Source: Podarcis filfolensis (Eukaryota). From it: a stretch of 64,000 nt of DNA. This document shows positions 1 through 11,845 of this stretch, in pieces. The stretch lies in the NCBI GenBank assembly GCA_964270895.1, contig OZ185443.1; one strand, 5' to 3'. The first letter of the stretch is position 1. Each line of letters begins with the position of its first letter. Position numbers and translations under genes: made by a program. The notes beneath the pieces are model-generated. The model saw only the letters and a list, made by a program, of their open reading frames with translations. It had not been told where the DNA came from and ran no database searches.

Positions 1-35
1 GTAACCCAAGGTGTTTGTAACCCAAGGTACCACTG
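1..35. mobile_element. Right end of a Tc1/mariner (pogo/Tigger-type) MITE, truncated by the window edge
   Basis: Ends ...CCCAAGGTACCACTG followed by TA (36-37). Same terminal motif as the elements at 1873 and 17914; subterminal GTAACCCAAGGT is repeated twice. Confidence 0.75.
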
Positions 36-1439
36 TATTACGTAACATCCTTTAAACCCTATTTTGCACTAGCTACAAATTCTGCCTTGTTCATATGTGC
101 AGCTCCATAAAGTGTATTGCAACAGTTCAGTCAGGAGGTTATCATAACCTGGACTAGTCTGGTTAGTCTGTGGCGTAGTCCAGCTGCACTTTTCCTCCCA
201 CCTTCCTCCTACTCTTTTTGGTAGCCTTTCATAGCCAGCTGTTTAATTGCATTTTGTTATTTTTCTCTCAGATAAAGCTCTTATTTCTGGGAAAGCTTTA
301 TCTTGTCTCATTTGCTCCCTTGAGCCCCTAATGTAGGCTCCTTTTGGTGCAGGCTGGTTTGGACTACCCTCTATCAAACTGGCATCAATCTGACTGCATG
401 AAACCAGGCCTGCATTGGGGAAAGGTTTGCCTAGCAAAACATTTCAACTAATTTCCCCCAGGCATTGGTGTTCCTGAAGTGTTCCAGAAGTACTTATTCC
501 TTGAGCACGGATAAGAGGTCTACAGATGGAGACATGTGCCCCAAGCCAGTGTGGTCACACAAGTAGGTGTGTCTCCCTCCCATTTTCTGCATAGTAGCAA
601 TATTTTTTATTATTATTATTTTAACTCTGGGGAAAAAAACCCACAAAGCAAAAAGGCTTTAGTCTATGAAGGGGAAGACACTGATTTCTCATTCTGAATT
701 TAATCTGCATATTAACAGCTTTCATTGTTGTTTTCATCCAGGCTTTTCTACTTTGCATTTTTAGCAGCCTACAGCTTCTCACAATCTCCATTTTCCCCCC
801 TTTAATATTGTATGTGTCTGATTGCCTGGAAAACTACAAGAGATGTTTTAGAATTTCAGGCATGAGTCGTTAAAAGTTTTATTTTTATATTCTGGACACT
901 CTCATGCTGTTAAACATATGCTGAATTATTGCAAAACAGTGTGTAGTCTCATGGGCTATGTACTAAACTCACTTGTGTAGGCAGCAGTTCTTGCAAACCT
1001 GGTAGAAAAGGCTAATCCTTTTTTTTTTTTTTTTTTTGGTGAAAGGTACTTGTGATGGATTCTGTGATGTGTCACTCTGGAGGTCAAGCCAGAGAGTAGT
1101 AATATCTAACTCTGGATGTATTTTTCCCTTCCTCTATACTGAATGTGTTTATGAATATGTTAAGTTGATTAAAAAAAACCTTTAACTCTTAAGGGAGGCA
1201 GAACATGGTCTGCAAATGTCACCCCAAAGTTAAACAACTGCTTCTCAAGACTCCTATCAAATTTATAGTTTAGATGAAAATACAAACATCTAAAACAGCA
1301 GGGACCTCCAGCCCACAGACTTAAGAATCTGGCTTTCATTCTGGAAACAATACCCCACCCCTAGTTTAAGACATTGGGAGTATTTTTCTGATAGAAGTAA
1401 ATAAAAACGTGCTTATGCAAAAATTACAACATTTCATAA

Positions 1440-1532
1440 TTCCCTTCCTGCCACTTAGTATATTATGAACCACCATGTGATTTTCAGAAGAAGGGCGGTA
1501 TACAAATTTTATAAATAAATAATAAATAAATT
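1440..1532 (+). mobile_element. 3' tail of an L2/CR1-type LINE
   Basis: ...GAAGGGCGGTATACAAATTTTATAAATAAATAATAAATAAA resembles recalled squamate L2 tails; reverse-oriented versions occur at 51770 and 56556. Confidence 0.55.
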
Positions 1533-2040
1533 ATAGGAGTTCTGAAAATTCAGCAAGAAATAACTTTCTTGTATTATGAATGCTGCATATTATTCATCCC
1601 CTTTGTTTGGCTGTGCTAGGCTTCACGTCTAGTCAACACAAGCTTTGGTCATAAAACTTATTTAGTAAGCTTGCCAGCAAAGTAATGCAGCCCAAGTAAC
1701 AAAACATAGCTCTTTCTAAACCCCCCCCCCCTTTGAGGAGTAGGGAAAGGAATTATATTAAATGAAAGTTGTATTTGAATATATCCTATGTTGTTAATTA
1801 TTGTCTTTTCAGCCTTAACAAAGTTTGAATAGGCACCATTTTTCATGTAGAATACTGAGCTATATAACTGTACAGTGGTGCCTCGCAAGACAAAATTAAT
1901 TCGTTCCGCAAGTTTTTTCTTCTTGCGAGTTTTTCGTCTTGCGAAGCACGGTTTCCCATAGGAATGCATTGAAAATCAATTAATGCGTTCCTATGGAGAC
2001 CGCTTGCCAGGCTGGCGGTGCGGAGAAGGGCTTTTCTCCC

Positions 2041-2375
2041 CACCGCAAGCCTTCAGGACAGGTCCGGGAACAGAGGGGAAGGCGCACAGCACTTCTCCTC
2101 TGTTCCCGGGGCTTGCGGTGGGAGGAGGGTTTTTCCTCCCCACCGCCAACATTCAGAACAGCATTCTGAATGTTGGCGGTGGGGAGGAAAGCCCTCCTCC
2201 CACCGCAAGCCTTCAGGACAGGTCCGGGAACAGAGGGGAAGGCGCGCAGTGCTTCTCCTCTGTTCCCGGGGCTTGCGGTGGGAGGAGGGTTTTTCCTCCC
2301 CACCGCCAACATTCAGAACAGCATTCTGAATGTTGGCGGTGGGAAGGAAAACCCTCCTCCCACCGCAAGTCTTCA
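2041..2375. repeat. 160-bp tandem repeat (two full units plus a partial), each unit containing a ~100-bp hairpin
   Basis: CACCGCAAG(C/T)CTTCAGGACA recurs at 2041, 2201 and 2361. Each unit has CCCACCGCCAACATTCAGAA-CAGCA-TTCTGAATGTTGGCGGTGGG, a perfect 20-bp inverted repeat whose arms extend imperfectly to about 48 bp. Confidence 0.9.
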
Positions 2376-2380
2376 GGACA

Positions 2381-2683
2381 GCCATCCGAAGGCTGGCGGT
2401 GGGGCGGAGAGACCTCCTCCCGCCGCCAGCCTTCCGAGCAGCCTTCCGAAGGCTGGTGGCGGGAGGAGGTCTCTCCGCCCCCACCGCCAGCCTTTGGAGG
2501 AGCCTTCCGAAGGCTGGCGGCGGGAGGAGGTCTCTCCGCCCCACCGCCAGCCTTCGGAGGAGCCTTCCGAAGGCTGGCGGCGGGAGGAGGTCTCTCCGCC
2601 CCACCACCAGCCTTCAGAGGAGCCTTCCGAAGGCTGGCGGTGGGAGGAGGTCTCTCCGCCCCACCGCCAGCCTTCGGAGGAGG
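2381..2683. repeat. ~60-bp GC-rich minisatellite, about 5 units, palindromic junctions
   Basis: GGGAGGAGGTCTCTCCGCCCC recurs at about 2461, 2522, 2582 and 2642. GCCAGCCTTCGGA-GGAGCCT-TCCGAAGGCTGGC is a 13-bp inverted repeat. The first unit is inverted relative to the rest. Confidence 0.9.
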
Positions 2684-4324
2684 TCCGAGGACAGTGGGGA
2701 AGACGCGCTGCGCTTCCCCGCTGTCCTGGAGATTTCCCTATGGGCTTTCGTCTTGCGAAGGAAGCCCATAGGGAAATTCGTTTTGCGAAGCGCCTCCAAA
2801 ACGGAAAAACCCTTTCGTCTAGCGGGTTTTTTGTCTTGCGAGGCGTTCGTCTTGCGGGGCACCACTGTAAAACATTTACTACAAATCAGGGACTATATTA
2901 ACACACAAATTTCACTGTATCCAACACTCAGAATTGGACTGTGAATGATTTTCATGCACACAGAGAGAGACTCCCACATTCTGGAACTTTCTGAGTTTGC
3001 TGTTAATGTATACATGTCTCACTCGCCTCATTTGCACACAACACAAAATGTTACCATAGCATGAATGTACCTGGGAGTAGGATTAAGCCGGGGGGGGGGG
3101 TACAGTTATACTGCACTGAAATGTTAAGCTTCATTAATTTCAATGGGACTGAAGTACACCCAACTTCTCTAGTTTACATAAGATGTTTTCTGGTATTGCC
3201 TGTTTGGTATCTGCACCAAGTATTCTCCCGACTACACTAAAGCTATATCTGAACCTGAATAATGTCCCACAAGTGATGGGAAATCAACTGAAATAAGGAA
3301 TGTGATGGTTGGTTCATCTGCGGAGATATCTTAGTAGTAAATGTTGTTTGACAGTATGTCCACCATCATAACCTCCTTTCCAGAAAGCTAGTTTCACTGC
3401 ATATCAAACTTTTGGAGTACCTTCAGGAACATTGTGCAGACATGCACATAAGTCTGAATTTAGATAGTTCTGCACTTTTTACTTCATTGATTCATAACCT
3501 ACCCAAGACTCTTTATTACCATTACATGCCTAGCTGCAGTTTCAGAGTATTCCTTTTACAGGGCTATCATATTTTGATACGACCAGAATGTGACATTTCT
3601 ATAAAGCTAGTGCTGTAGTATTCCTTAAAAGACCTGTCTTCATACTATCTGAGCAAACACACATTTAGTTAGTTCCTGGTGCTCTTGTTTTTAGAGCGAG
3701 TGTTTTCTGCTTGAAGAGACAGAATTTCCTTGATATGCCCACATTGTTACAGAGATAGTCCAGTAGAGAAGCCAATACATCTAATTAGAAATAGTTAAGC
3801 TGAATTACTTCTGAGTAGACATGTAAGCCCCTTGGTTTTTGGTGGAGCTCACTTCCAGGAAAAGGCACAGGATTGCAACTTAAGTTAAGTAATTATTATG
3901 CTGCAGCATAGATTACACTTCCTTTTGTGTGTGGGGGGGGGACATTTTGTTTTCAGTTCTTTATAATAGGACTTCTGGATGGAGTTGGCTCAATAACATC
4001 TTCAGTGATTTCATAGTCTAAGCCAATGCAGACTGCAACATGCAAATGGAGGCAATTAGATTTAATATGCTTTTCTTGGCTTTTCTGTATGATAATTTTC
4101 TGACAACCATTTTGATTGATGCTTTTCTTTTATAGACAGTAATGCTTAGCACTTTTGCTTTATCCAAAATTTTAGCATGGCATGCACATAAATTTAAGCA
4201 TTATTAAATATGTTCTTCCAGTGGATGCTATCATCTTTACCAGTCTTTTTGTTTCTATCACTATCTTTTTTGTTTAATCCAGTATTTGTTCCTGCTACTA
4301 TCGAAAGGGCTACTATCAAAAGAG

Positions 4325-4332
4325 GTGTGTGT

Positions 4333-4392
<60 letters not shown>
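4325..4392. repeat. (GT)n(GA)n microsatellite
   Basis: Seen directly: a short GT run followed by about 30 GA units. Confidence 0.95.
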
Positions 4393-4396
<4 letters not shown>

Positions 4397-4759
4397 AAAG
4401 AGAAACTGCTTAAACTTGAAACATGACACACATTCACCTTACAGAAAAGTCCTGGACCTATCAGTCCTATCTCTGTTGAAACAGGTTTTTAGCATAAATA
4501 AATATAACATGAATATGCAAATTTACTGACATGGAGCTGTATCCAGCTAAGTTCAACCAGAGTAGACTCACTGAAATAAATAGACATAAGTTACACCTAT
4601 GTCCTAGCTATGTCCACTCAGAAGTAAAACATTGAATTCAATAGGGCTTACTCCTAGTTAACCAGAATTCAATTTGCAGCCTTGGTGATGTCCATTAATT
4701 ACACAGGATGGTATTTAACAATGTTTTATTCAGAGTAGACCCAACAAAATTATTATACC

Positions 4760-5370
4760 TAACCTATGGTAAGCAGCAAACAGAAAGTGATTTCAAAACA
4801 TATTGCAGTATTGGACGAGTCAAGTTCCTATAATGTTATTTTTTTCATAGTTAAAATATTTACTAATTCCTCATTTCCTTCTTGTATTTATTCAAATAGT
4901 GATGATTCTATTATATCACAAACAAATCAGATTGTCTTATCCTTTTCCCAGAGAGATTACAGCCAAATTCCTATAAGGGGGAAAGCAAGTATGAGAACAC
5001 TACTGATGGATTCTTCTTCTTATATATTCCTTTTCTGCCTCTCTTTCTGGTTTCAAAATATTTTTTAAATTATTCATTTATGAATGCAGAAAATTATTCT
5101 CTAGTAATTAATTTGTGAATTCTTCCTTCTGGCATTCTGGCAAGATTTATCAAATGTTTAATTTACAGTTGGAACCACACCAATTTTATTTTAAAATTCA
5201 ACAGTATTCCCAACAGCAGATTATTTCTTTCCACCAAATAGCACTTCTTCAAAGGCAGCGTTTGTTGTGTTAATTAAAGTGAGAGCAGAAATCGAGTCTC
5301 AACCCTCCAAATAGGTACAGAGATGCAGAAAGTTCAATCAAAGCACCCAACTTCTGATCCTTTTAAATGT
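4760..5370 (-). mobile_element. Highly degenerate LINE ORF2 C-terminal relic (L2/Crack/Rex-like; clade uncertain)
   Basis: Minus-strand peptide pieces broken by stops and frameshifts: VETRFLLSL, NTTNAAFEEVLFGG, LINLARMPEGRIHKLI, EAEKEYIRRRIH, YRNLTRPIL. Their order matches my recollection of post-RT motifs in such LINEs. Confidence 0.4.
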
Positions 5371-5573
5371 TAATAGCATGATGATGATGATATGTTTTGT
5401 GCACGCTTTACCATAAGATCCTAGGGCTAGTTACAGCAATGTAAAAATAAATATTTAAATCAGTTAAAACAGTAGAACAATAGCCAAACAATTTCTATGA
5501 CTGGAATCATTCAAGGATGAATTGCTAACGGTACATAAATATGGCACCTCTCAACACCTTATAGAGTTTTATA

Positions 5574-5706
5574 CCCATGACTAAACAAATAACACTTTGG
5601 TCTCCCTTCCCTGGGGGGTTGTCTGTATGAATCTGTATTTTCTTCTGAATCCATGTTATGGGTTGTTGGACCGCAATAAAGATTGTTATTATTATTATCA
5701 TTATTA
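5574..5706 (+). mobile_element. Short 5'-truncated retroposon insertion with AATAAA and (ATT)n tail
   Basis: Flanked by the direct repeat TTATAGAGTTTTATA (5559-5573 and 5707-5721); ends GACCGCAATAAAGATTG(TTA)n. Confidence 0.75.
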
Positions 5707-7036
5707 TTATAGAGTTTTATATATGTATAGCATAAACACTTGTTTTTAAGTGTAACACGTTTCTACAGCACATAGAATTAGTAGCAGTTGGTGAAATGGG
5801 GCACAGCCACAGAGCCACTCTCTTGACAGTCGAAACTACAGCTGACCTCGAAAGGGCTGGGCTGAGGGAAGTAAGAAGGTATCATTTTCCATTCCACCAT
5901 GTAGTTGTTGTGTGCAACAGTGTTTCTGTTCCACTGCAATTTCTCTTCTGCCAAAAAAATCTATGATGCTTGCCTCGCTGTCTGCTGTGATGAAATAAAT
6001 TATGTACTTTACATAACTTATTACATTACTTACATTATCACAACATTATTCCACTCCTTTCATTTCAGTACAAAGGAAATGCCATGCAAAGGGTGAAAAA
6101 CAGGATCAATTGCATATTGTTAACCAACTGAAAGCAGCAGCAAATACCAGTTGCTGGATGGATTTCCATTGAAGACATGCAACAAATATGTGAACATTAG
6201 CAATTTCTGTTCCCATTTCCATTATTGTCCCATCCAATTTGCCTGCCAATGTATCCATCCAGCCAGTGCTATTTTTCTAGAAAAAGATATGTCGGAGCTC
6301 ACCATGAACTTCTCCCTTGTTCTCTTAGAATGAAATGGTGCTGTCTCTATGAACCATACATCTATACAAGGTATACTTGAGCAACCCTGCCCCCATTCAG
6401 AACCACCCCCATGAGTGAATAAACTGCCTGCCATTTCCACATTTCTAAAATAATAATAATAATAAATAAATAAATAAATAAATCCATTCCCCACCCCTTC
6501 AAAAATAAAATAAAAATGAAGAAATATGTGAGGACCAACAACTTGTGCCTGTAGGCTAGGTTTGGAATGTCCCTCCATCTGTTTGTGATACAGACAGACA
6601 GACAGACAGACAGATCTGGCTGCTATTTATTGAAAAAGGCTGGTGAGGGAAGGATTGAGAATGCTGCCACTTAGGCGCTGTTCTGACCAATTTAAGCAAC
6701 ATTTATCTACCTCATGGAAATTACATTAGAGTTCTATCTTCAGATACACTTAGGACTGTTATAAAAGGTCATGAGTTTTTGGCCTACAGTCCCAGTAGTT
6801 GGAATGGAGTAGCTGTTACCATCCACAAAGATTCAGCGCTGAATGGTGGGACCTTATCCATATTTAAAGATCATAGCCAACAGACTGTGGTTCAGGTAGC
6901 AAAAATTCTTGCACTCCTCCATTTAACCCATTACCTGCCAATATGGCAAAATAATTGTGAGAACTGCCATTGTTTGGAACACTGAGGAGCAGTGCCACAA
7001 AGTGTGCAACGTTGACAGTGTGCTTTAGCTATAGGA

Positions 7037-7290
7037 CATGGATAGGCAAACTAAGGCCTGGGGGCCGGATCCGGCCTAATTGCCTTCTAAATCTGGCCCG
7101 CCTACGGTCCATGAGTCAGTGTGTTTTTACATGAGTAGAATGTGTCCTTTTATTTAAAATTCATCTCTGGGTTATTTGTGGGGCATAGGAATTCGTTCAT
7201 TCCCCCCCCCCAAAAAAATATAATCTGCCCCCACACAAGGTCTGAGGGACAGTGGACCAGCCCCCTGCTGGAAAAGTTTGCCAATCCCTG
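7037..7290. mobile_element. hAT-superfamily MITE (Charlie group, OposCharlie1/OC1-like)
   Basis: Perfect 8-bp TSD CTATAGGA (7029-7036, 7291-7298); TIRs CATGGATAGGCAAACT / AGTTTGCCAATCCCTG; 3' end GGTCTGAGGGACAGTGGACCAGCCCCCTGCTGGAAAAGTTTG resembles the recalled OC1 3' end. Confidence 0.88.
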
Positions 7291-8869
7291 CTATAGGAGA
7301 ATAGTTATCAGCATCCTAGTTCCAAAATTTTATCTATAAATAAATACCTGGTTAAACAATGCAGACATTCTGGAAATCAATAATTCAGCTGAATGGGGAT
7401 GAAAGATCAAAGTATTTAGATGTGCCTCCAGGGTTGCTACTTGTTACAGAACACTGCTACAAGTTTAATGTAAGTATGCCTAGTAACAAATCTGTAAATA
7501 CTTGAGCTTACAGAGAGGCAGTTTCAGACCACTATGCTTTTGTGAGCAAAGAACTCTTCCCTCTGCTAGAGAAAACAGGGAAGTTCTTGGATATGGAGAG
7601 CACCACATGCTTATCACAACATCTGTGCCTTCAAAGATTTGTTGGTCCGGGTGCTTCTCTTGATACTTACTTATTTCTCCTTTTTAAATTATAATTATTG
7701 GGGGAAAGTGAGTTTGATATTTAATAAAGACCCCAAAGTATTTTACAGTGGGTTGACATATTACTATCTGGATCTATTTCAAATTTCTTTCAGATTCTGT
7801 TAGCTATTGTACAAACTCCAACATGTTGTGATGATTATATTTTATGTTAATTTGACATTCATTTTAGCAGCCTATCGCACTAGCAATAATCCATCTGAAC
7901 CAGCAGGCACGAATACCAATTACTGAAAAGATTGGAGCTCATCCTTGAATTTTCTTCTTCTTCTTGCTAGCAGACATATGTCAGCAAGCAGGGAATAGAA
8001 GAGACGTATCAAAGTCTTTCAAGTAACCAAGTATCTAGATGTATTCTGTGTAATGGAACAGGCTGGGGCTGACATGCTCAATCTAAGGAGGACGAAAAGA
8101 TTTCTGAATCTCTCTGCATATGGGAGAAAAAAGGTGAATAAGAAGTAGTAGTATAACTCAAAGTTATGAAGATCTTTTAACATGATTTCTGAAACTTACT
8201 GGAATAACTTGCAGGAGATGAACTACTTTTATCTTTTCTGTGTAATATGAGAAATGAGGTGTTGAGTGGTGATTTGATACTTAGGCTTTGCAAACTTTAA
8301 AGAATGATCATGAATCCTGAACTGAACTTCCGCAGGTGGAGGATAGGAGTTGCAGCCATTAAAAGCCACATCCAATGGTGTGAGCCTGCACCCCAACCAA
8401 TGACATTTAGAGGCTGTTATCATGAACAGTCTGAGCACCTACACCCATTTAGCTGCCCCAGGAAATGTGGAATAGAACCATTGCTGATCTGCATGCTATG
8501 TTTTCTTTTTGTAAGCAGAGAAAATGAAAGGGACCCATACCAATTTATTACCAAGGAAGTGACAGATACGAGGGAATAAAGTAGTATAATGTATGCTACA
8601 GCAAGAGGCCTAACTGCTGTTACCATAGTGACCTTGTTAACATCAATTGAGCAAAAGCTTTGTGGGCAGTGGGCCCTAATTATGTAAGGAAAGAAAGGGG
8701 GGGAGTGCTTTTGAAATGGCAATATCAAAAGCTGCCATCTAAAAATTTCGTTTAGGGTTCACACATGGCTAGGAAGGGGCAGATCAGCTTATTTGCATGT
8801 GTTTTGCCTTGAGTCCAGTCTGTCCTGTTTTCTGTTCACACATGCACACAGTACATCTAAATTGGACAC

Positions 8870-9172
8870 ATTTTTTTGTATGCACTTTCCTCTAATATCC
8901 ATATTTTGCACGGATTTTATATACCTATCCTAACTGCAATGTACATTTTATAAACTTTTATATGCAACTTAAAAATAAGTATTTTTTACTCATTCCCCCC
9001 ATAAAATATGCAGTTTTTTAATGTGGCTTTTAAAACAAAAGTGACCACAAAATTCAGAGAAGCACCCAATCCCACTGTTAGCTGCTTTCCAATATGTGTG
9101 TAAGTCTAGGAACTGAGAATTGGATCAGTTTGCTTTAAACATGGTCTGAATGAAATTGTTCACCATCCCTAG
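8870..9172. mobile_element. Old DNA-transposon (hAT-like) remnant, right end
   Basis: AT-rich body ending ...GAAATTGTTCACCATCCCTAG; a complementary-type start AGGGATGGGAAAAT occurs at 25360. Confidence 0.35.
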
Positions 9173-11728
9173 TTGGCTCTACTTTTAGAGTGAAGCCTAC
9201 GAGTGTGCAATATTTCACCGATGTGCCTGAGTGCAACTAAACATTGGTAAAACACCACACAAATACAACTATCAGTACAATCACAACGTTTCCTCCCCCC
9301 CCTTCATTCTTATTACATCAAGTTTGGGGGTCAAGTGGGGAGACACAAATGAACTTAAGGACTTGAAATCTGCAAGAAGCTATGCAGTCACCATATTCTG
9401 TACCATACTGGAGTGTGTGTGTGTGTGTGTCATTTGGTCATTTGGTCATCTGGTCATTTAGAACTTCAAATCCAAGGACAAATTCAGACATGCAGAATTT
9501 TGGAGGCATTCCTAGAATATATTGGGGTTTCCTTGTGTACATAACATACTTTGCCATCTGCTGAACAGTTCTGTTTATGCCTTATGATTCAATAATTTCA
9601 CTGTCTTGCCCCTTAAAATGTTTGTTTTTAATTTCATTGTTTGTAGGATGTGGAATCTTGTTGTTAGGGCTAAAAATGACAAGTTGTTGCTTTAAAAAAA
9701 TCATCGAATTTAATTTTTTCTAAAAACAACACATTTGCAAAACTACTTTTGTGAAGTAAAACAAAAAAGTTTGGAAGTGGGTGGGATATCTGAAGAATAG
9801 TGAACTAAGGCATGGAAAGAGAACATATCATCCTCTCTCCCATTCTGTTTTAAAAGTCAGATTTTTTTATGGAGATGCTGGTTTGCACAGCCAGAAAGCA
9901 AGGAAGAAAGGCAAACTTTATACAAGACAAGAGGGGAGACTCTTTATGCTTTCTGAGAAGAGACATTTTCTGGCTAGTGTCCAGCTAGAATTAAACTCAG
10001 AACTTGTAGCACGCCATCTCAGCTTTGTTTCAAAGAACTTTTGTGTTTGTGTAGGCAGATACTAAAATGCTACAACTGAAGAGGGGATAATTATTCTGTT
10101 TTGTTTAAGGAAAAGATGACTGAAGAGGGCCATGAAGGCAGTAAGAGAACTACTTTCAGAAACTGTATGCATCCTCTCAAAGTATCTTAATTAATGCAAT
10201 TCAGGGTTGTTGTTTTACTTTACCCTATTCAGTATTGCAGAAATTCCACCTCAGTCCTCACAGTTAAGACAGCATTCACCGCGACTGCTGTAGCCTTGTT
10301 ATCATTGGTCTTCCATAGTCACACCTCAGCCCAAAGCAATGTAACCAAAACTTCTGCAGTTTTGTGTCACTGGTTTATGTTATTGTATTTTCTTTAAAAC
10401 CCACAATGACCTTGCTCCACCCCATCTCTAGACCCTTTTATCCTGGAATATCTCAGAAACTGTAATTCGTTCAGAGGGCTGCAGAATCGTTGCTGACAGG
10501 ATTTAGACCTTGTCAACATTTAGACCTTGTTAGCTCAGATGTTACTATTGGTATATGAAGTCCATAACAGCTTGGGAACAGTTTACTTGTGGGATTACTT
10601 TATTCCATACATGCCCACTCTACAACTTTGATCTGTGGAACTATCACTGTTACAAATGCCACATAACACTTGTTCTGTACTTGTAAGAATACAATATTTT
10701 AGTGTTGCAGTATGGAATTCTCCCTTATGTCTGAAATTATCTTTCAGAATACCTCTTTCTTTTCCTTGAAAAACCTACCTACAAGATTTTGGCCTAAGCC
10801 TCACTTCTCATTCCAAACTACAAAAGGAAGTTCAAAAATGTGTCACATTCATCCCTTGTTAACCTTGCTTTCTCCTACCCTGTTTCTCCTCTGTTGTTTT
10901 CCCTACTTTTGAAAATGTAGGGTGAAGGCAGGTGTTAAATATTTTAAGTACAGCGGATGTGGTTTGGACACATCTTCTGCCCCCAAAACCGATTCCTCAG
11001 GACATGGAGAATTTGTGCTTAAAAACAACCACTTCTACCTCACTTTTGTACATTCATCAGTACCGTATTTGTCTTCTTTGCTTTTGGTTTCTGGAAAGTG
11101 TAAATTTTTTTGAATATTGCTTGTATTAGTGGTCTTGTGAGCATCCAAATGTGAGTCTTGTGCAAATGTTTACTCACTATCTCAGTACTAAAGGGTACTG
11201 AAATGTTAAATGAACAATTGGCATTTTACAATAGCCAAGATTAAAAAAAACTTTAGAGCCAGGTAGGAAAGCATATTGGGGAAGACCCAAATAGTCAAAC
11301 AAATAGATTCCAATTGATATTGTATGCAATCAGTGTTCCTTGTTCTTTCTTTCACAGTATATGATGACTGTTTGAAATTATGGAAATCATAGTATTTAGG
11401 AATGAGAGGTGTTTTCCATAACCTTTCTGCAGTGTATGTGGCCACCATTGGTGTTGGAGGAGAAAGCCTCAACTTCACCTAATTTCTTTTTCAGTCTAGG
11501 CCAAGAGCTTGTAAAGTTCATTTTTAGAAGGAACAAGTTCTAGTTCAGTTTCAATATCCAAAAGGAAATGATTCACCGTTTATGTTTGTCCTTTTACAAC
11601 AAACTAGTTTGGTTTGCAATCAGTACAAAGTTCTAATCAAGTTCATCCAAATGACCCTCAGCATTACCTCTCCGCCCCCCGCCCCCCGCCCAGCATTCAG
11701 AATGTTAGAAGTGGTTCTGCTGCTGTGC

Positions 11729-11845
11729 TTATGTGGGGAATGATCTGGAAGCTGCAGCAGCAGGTACAGAATGCAACCAAGTTATTGAGTGGAGCACCTG
11801 AATGCACCCATATAACACCAGTGCTGAGGGAACTGCACAACTGCT
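11729..11845 (+). mobile_element. L2-clade LINE RT C-terminal fragment
   Basis: Translates WKLQQQVQNATKLLSGAPECTHITPVLRELH, matching the L2 motif KLQLVQNAAARLL...HITPVLxxLHWLP. Confidence 0.7.

Larger units (their letters stand above)
1873..2867. mobile_element. Non-autonomous pogo/Tigger-type DNA transposon (MITE) with a GC-rich tandem-repeat interior
   Basis: TIRs CAGTGGTGCCTCGCAAGAC / GTCTTGCGGGGCACCACTG; TA TSD at 1871-1872 and 2868-2869; repeated subterminal (G)TCTTGCGA motifs at both ends; no transposase ORF. Confidence 0.9.

Noticed and set aside
2381-2683. CRISPR-like repeat array
   Set aside because: Units are contiguous, with no unique spacers; no cas genes; vertebrate context.
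1980-2944. Overlapping 100-262 aa ORFs on both strands
   Set aside because: They arise from GC-rich, stop-poor palindromic tandem repeats inside the MITE; the peptides are repetitive and have no transposase motifs.
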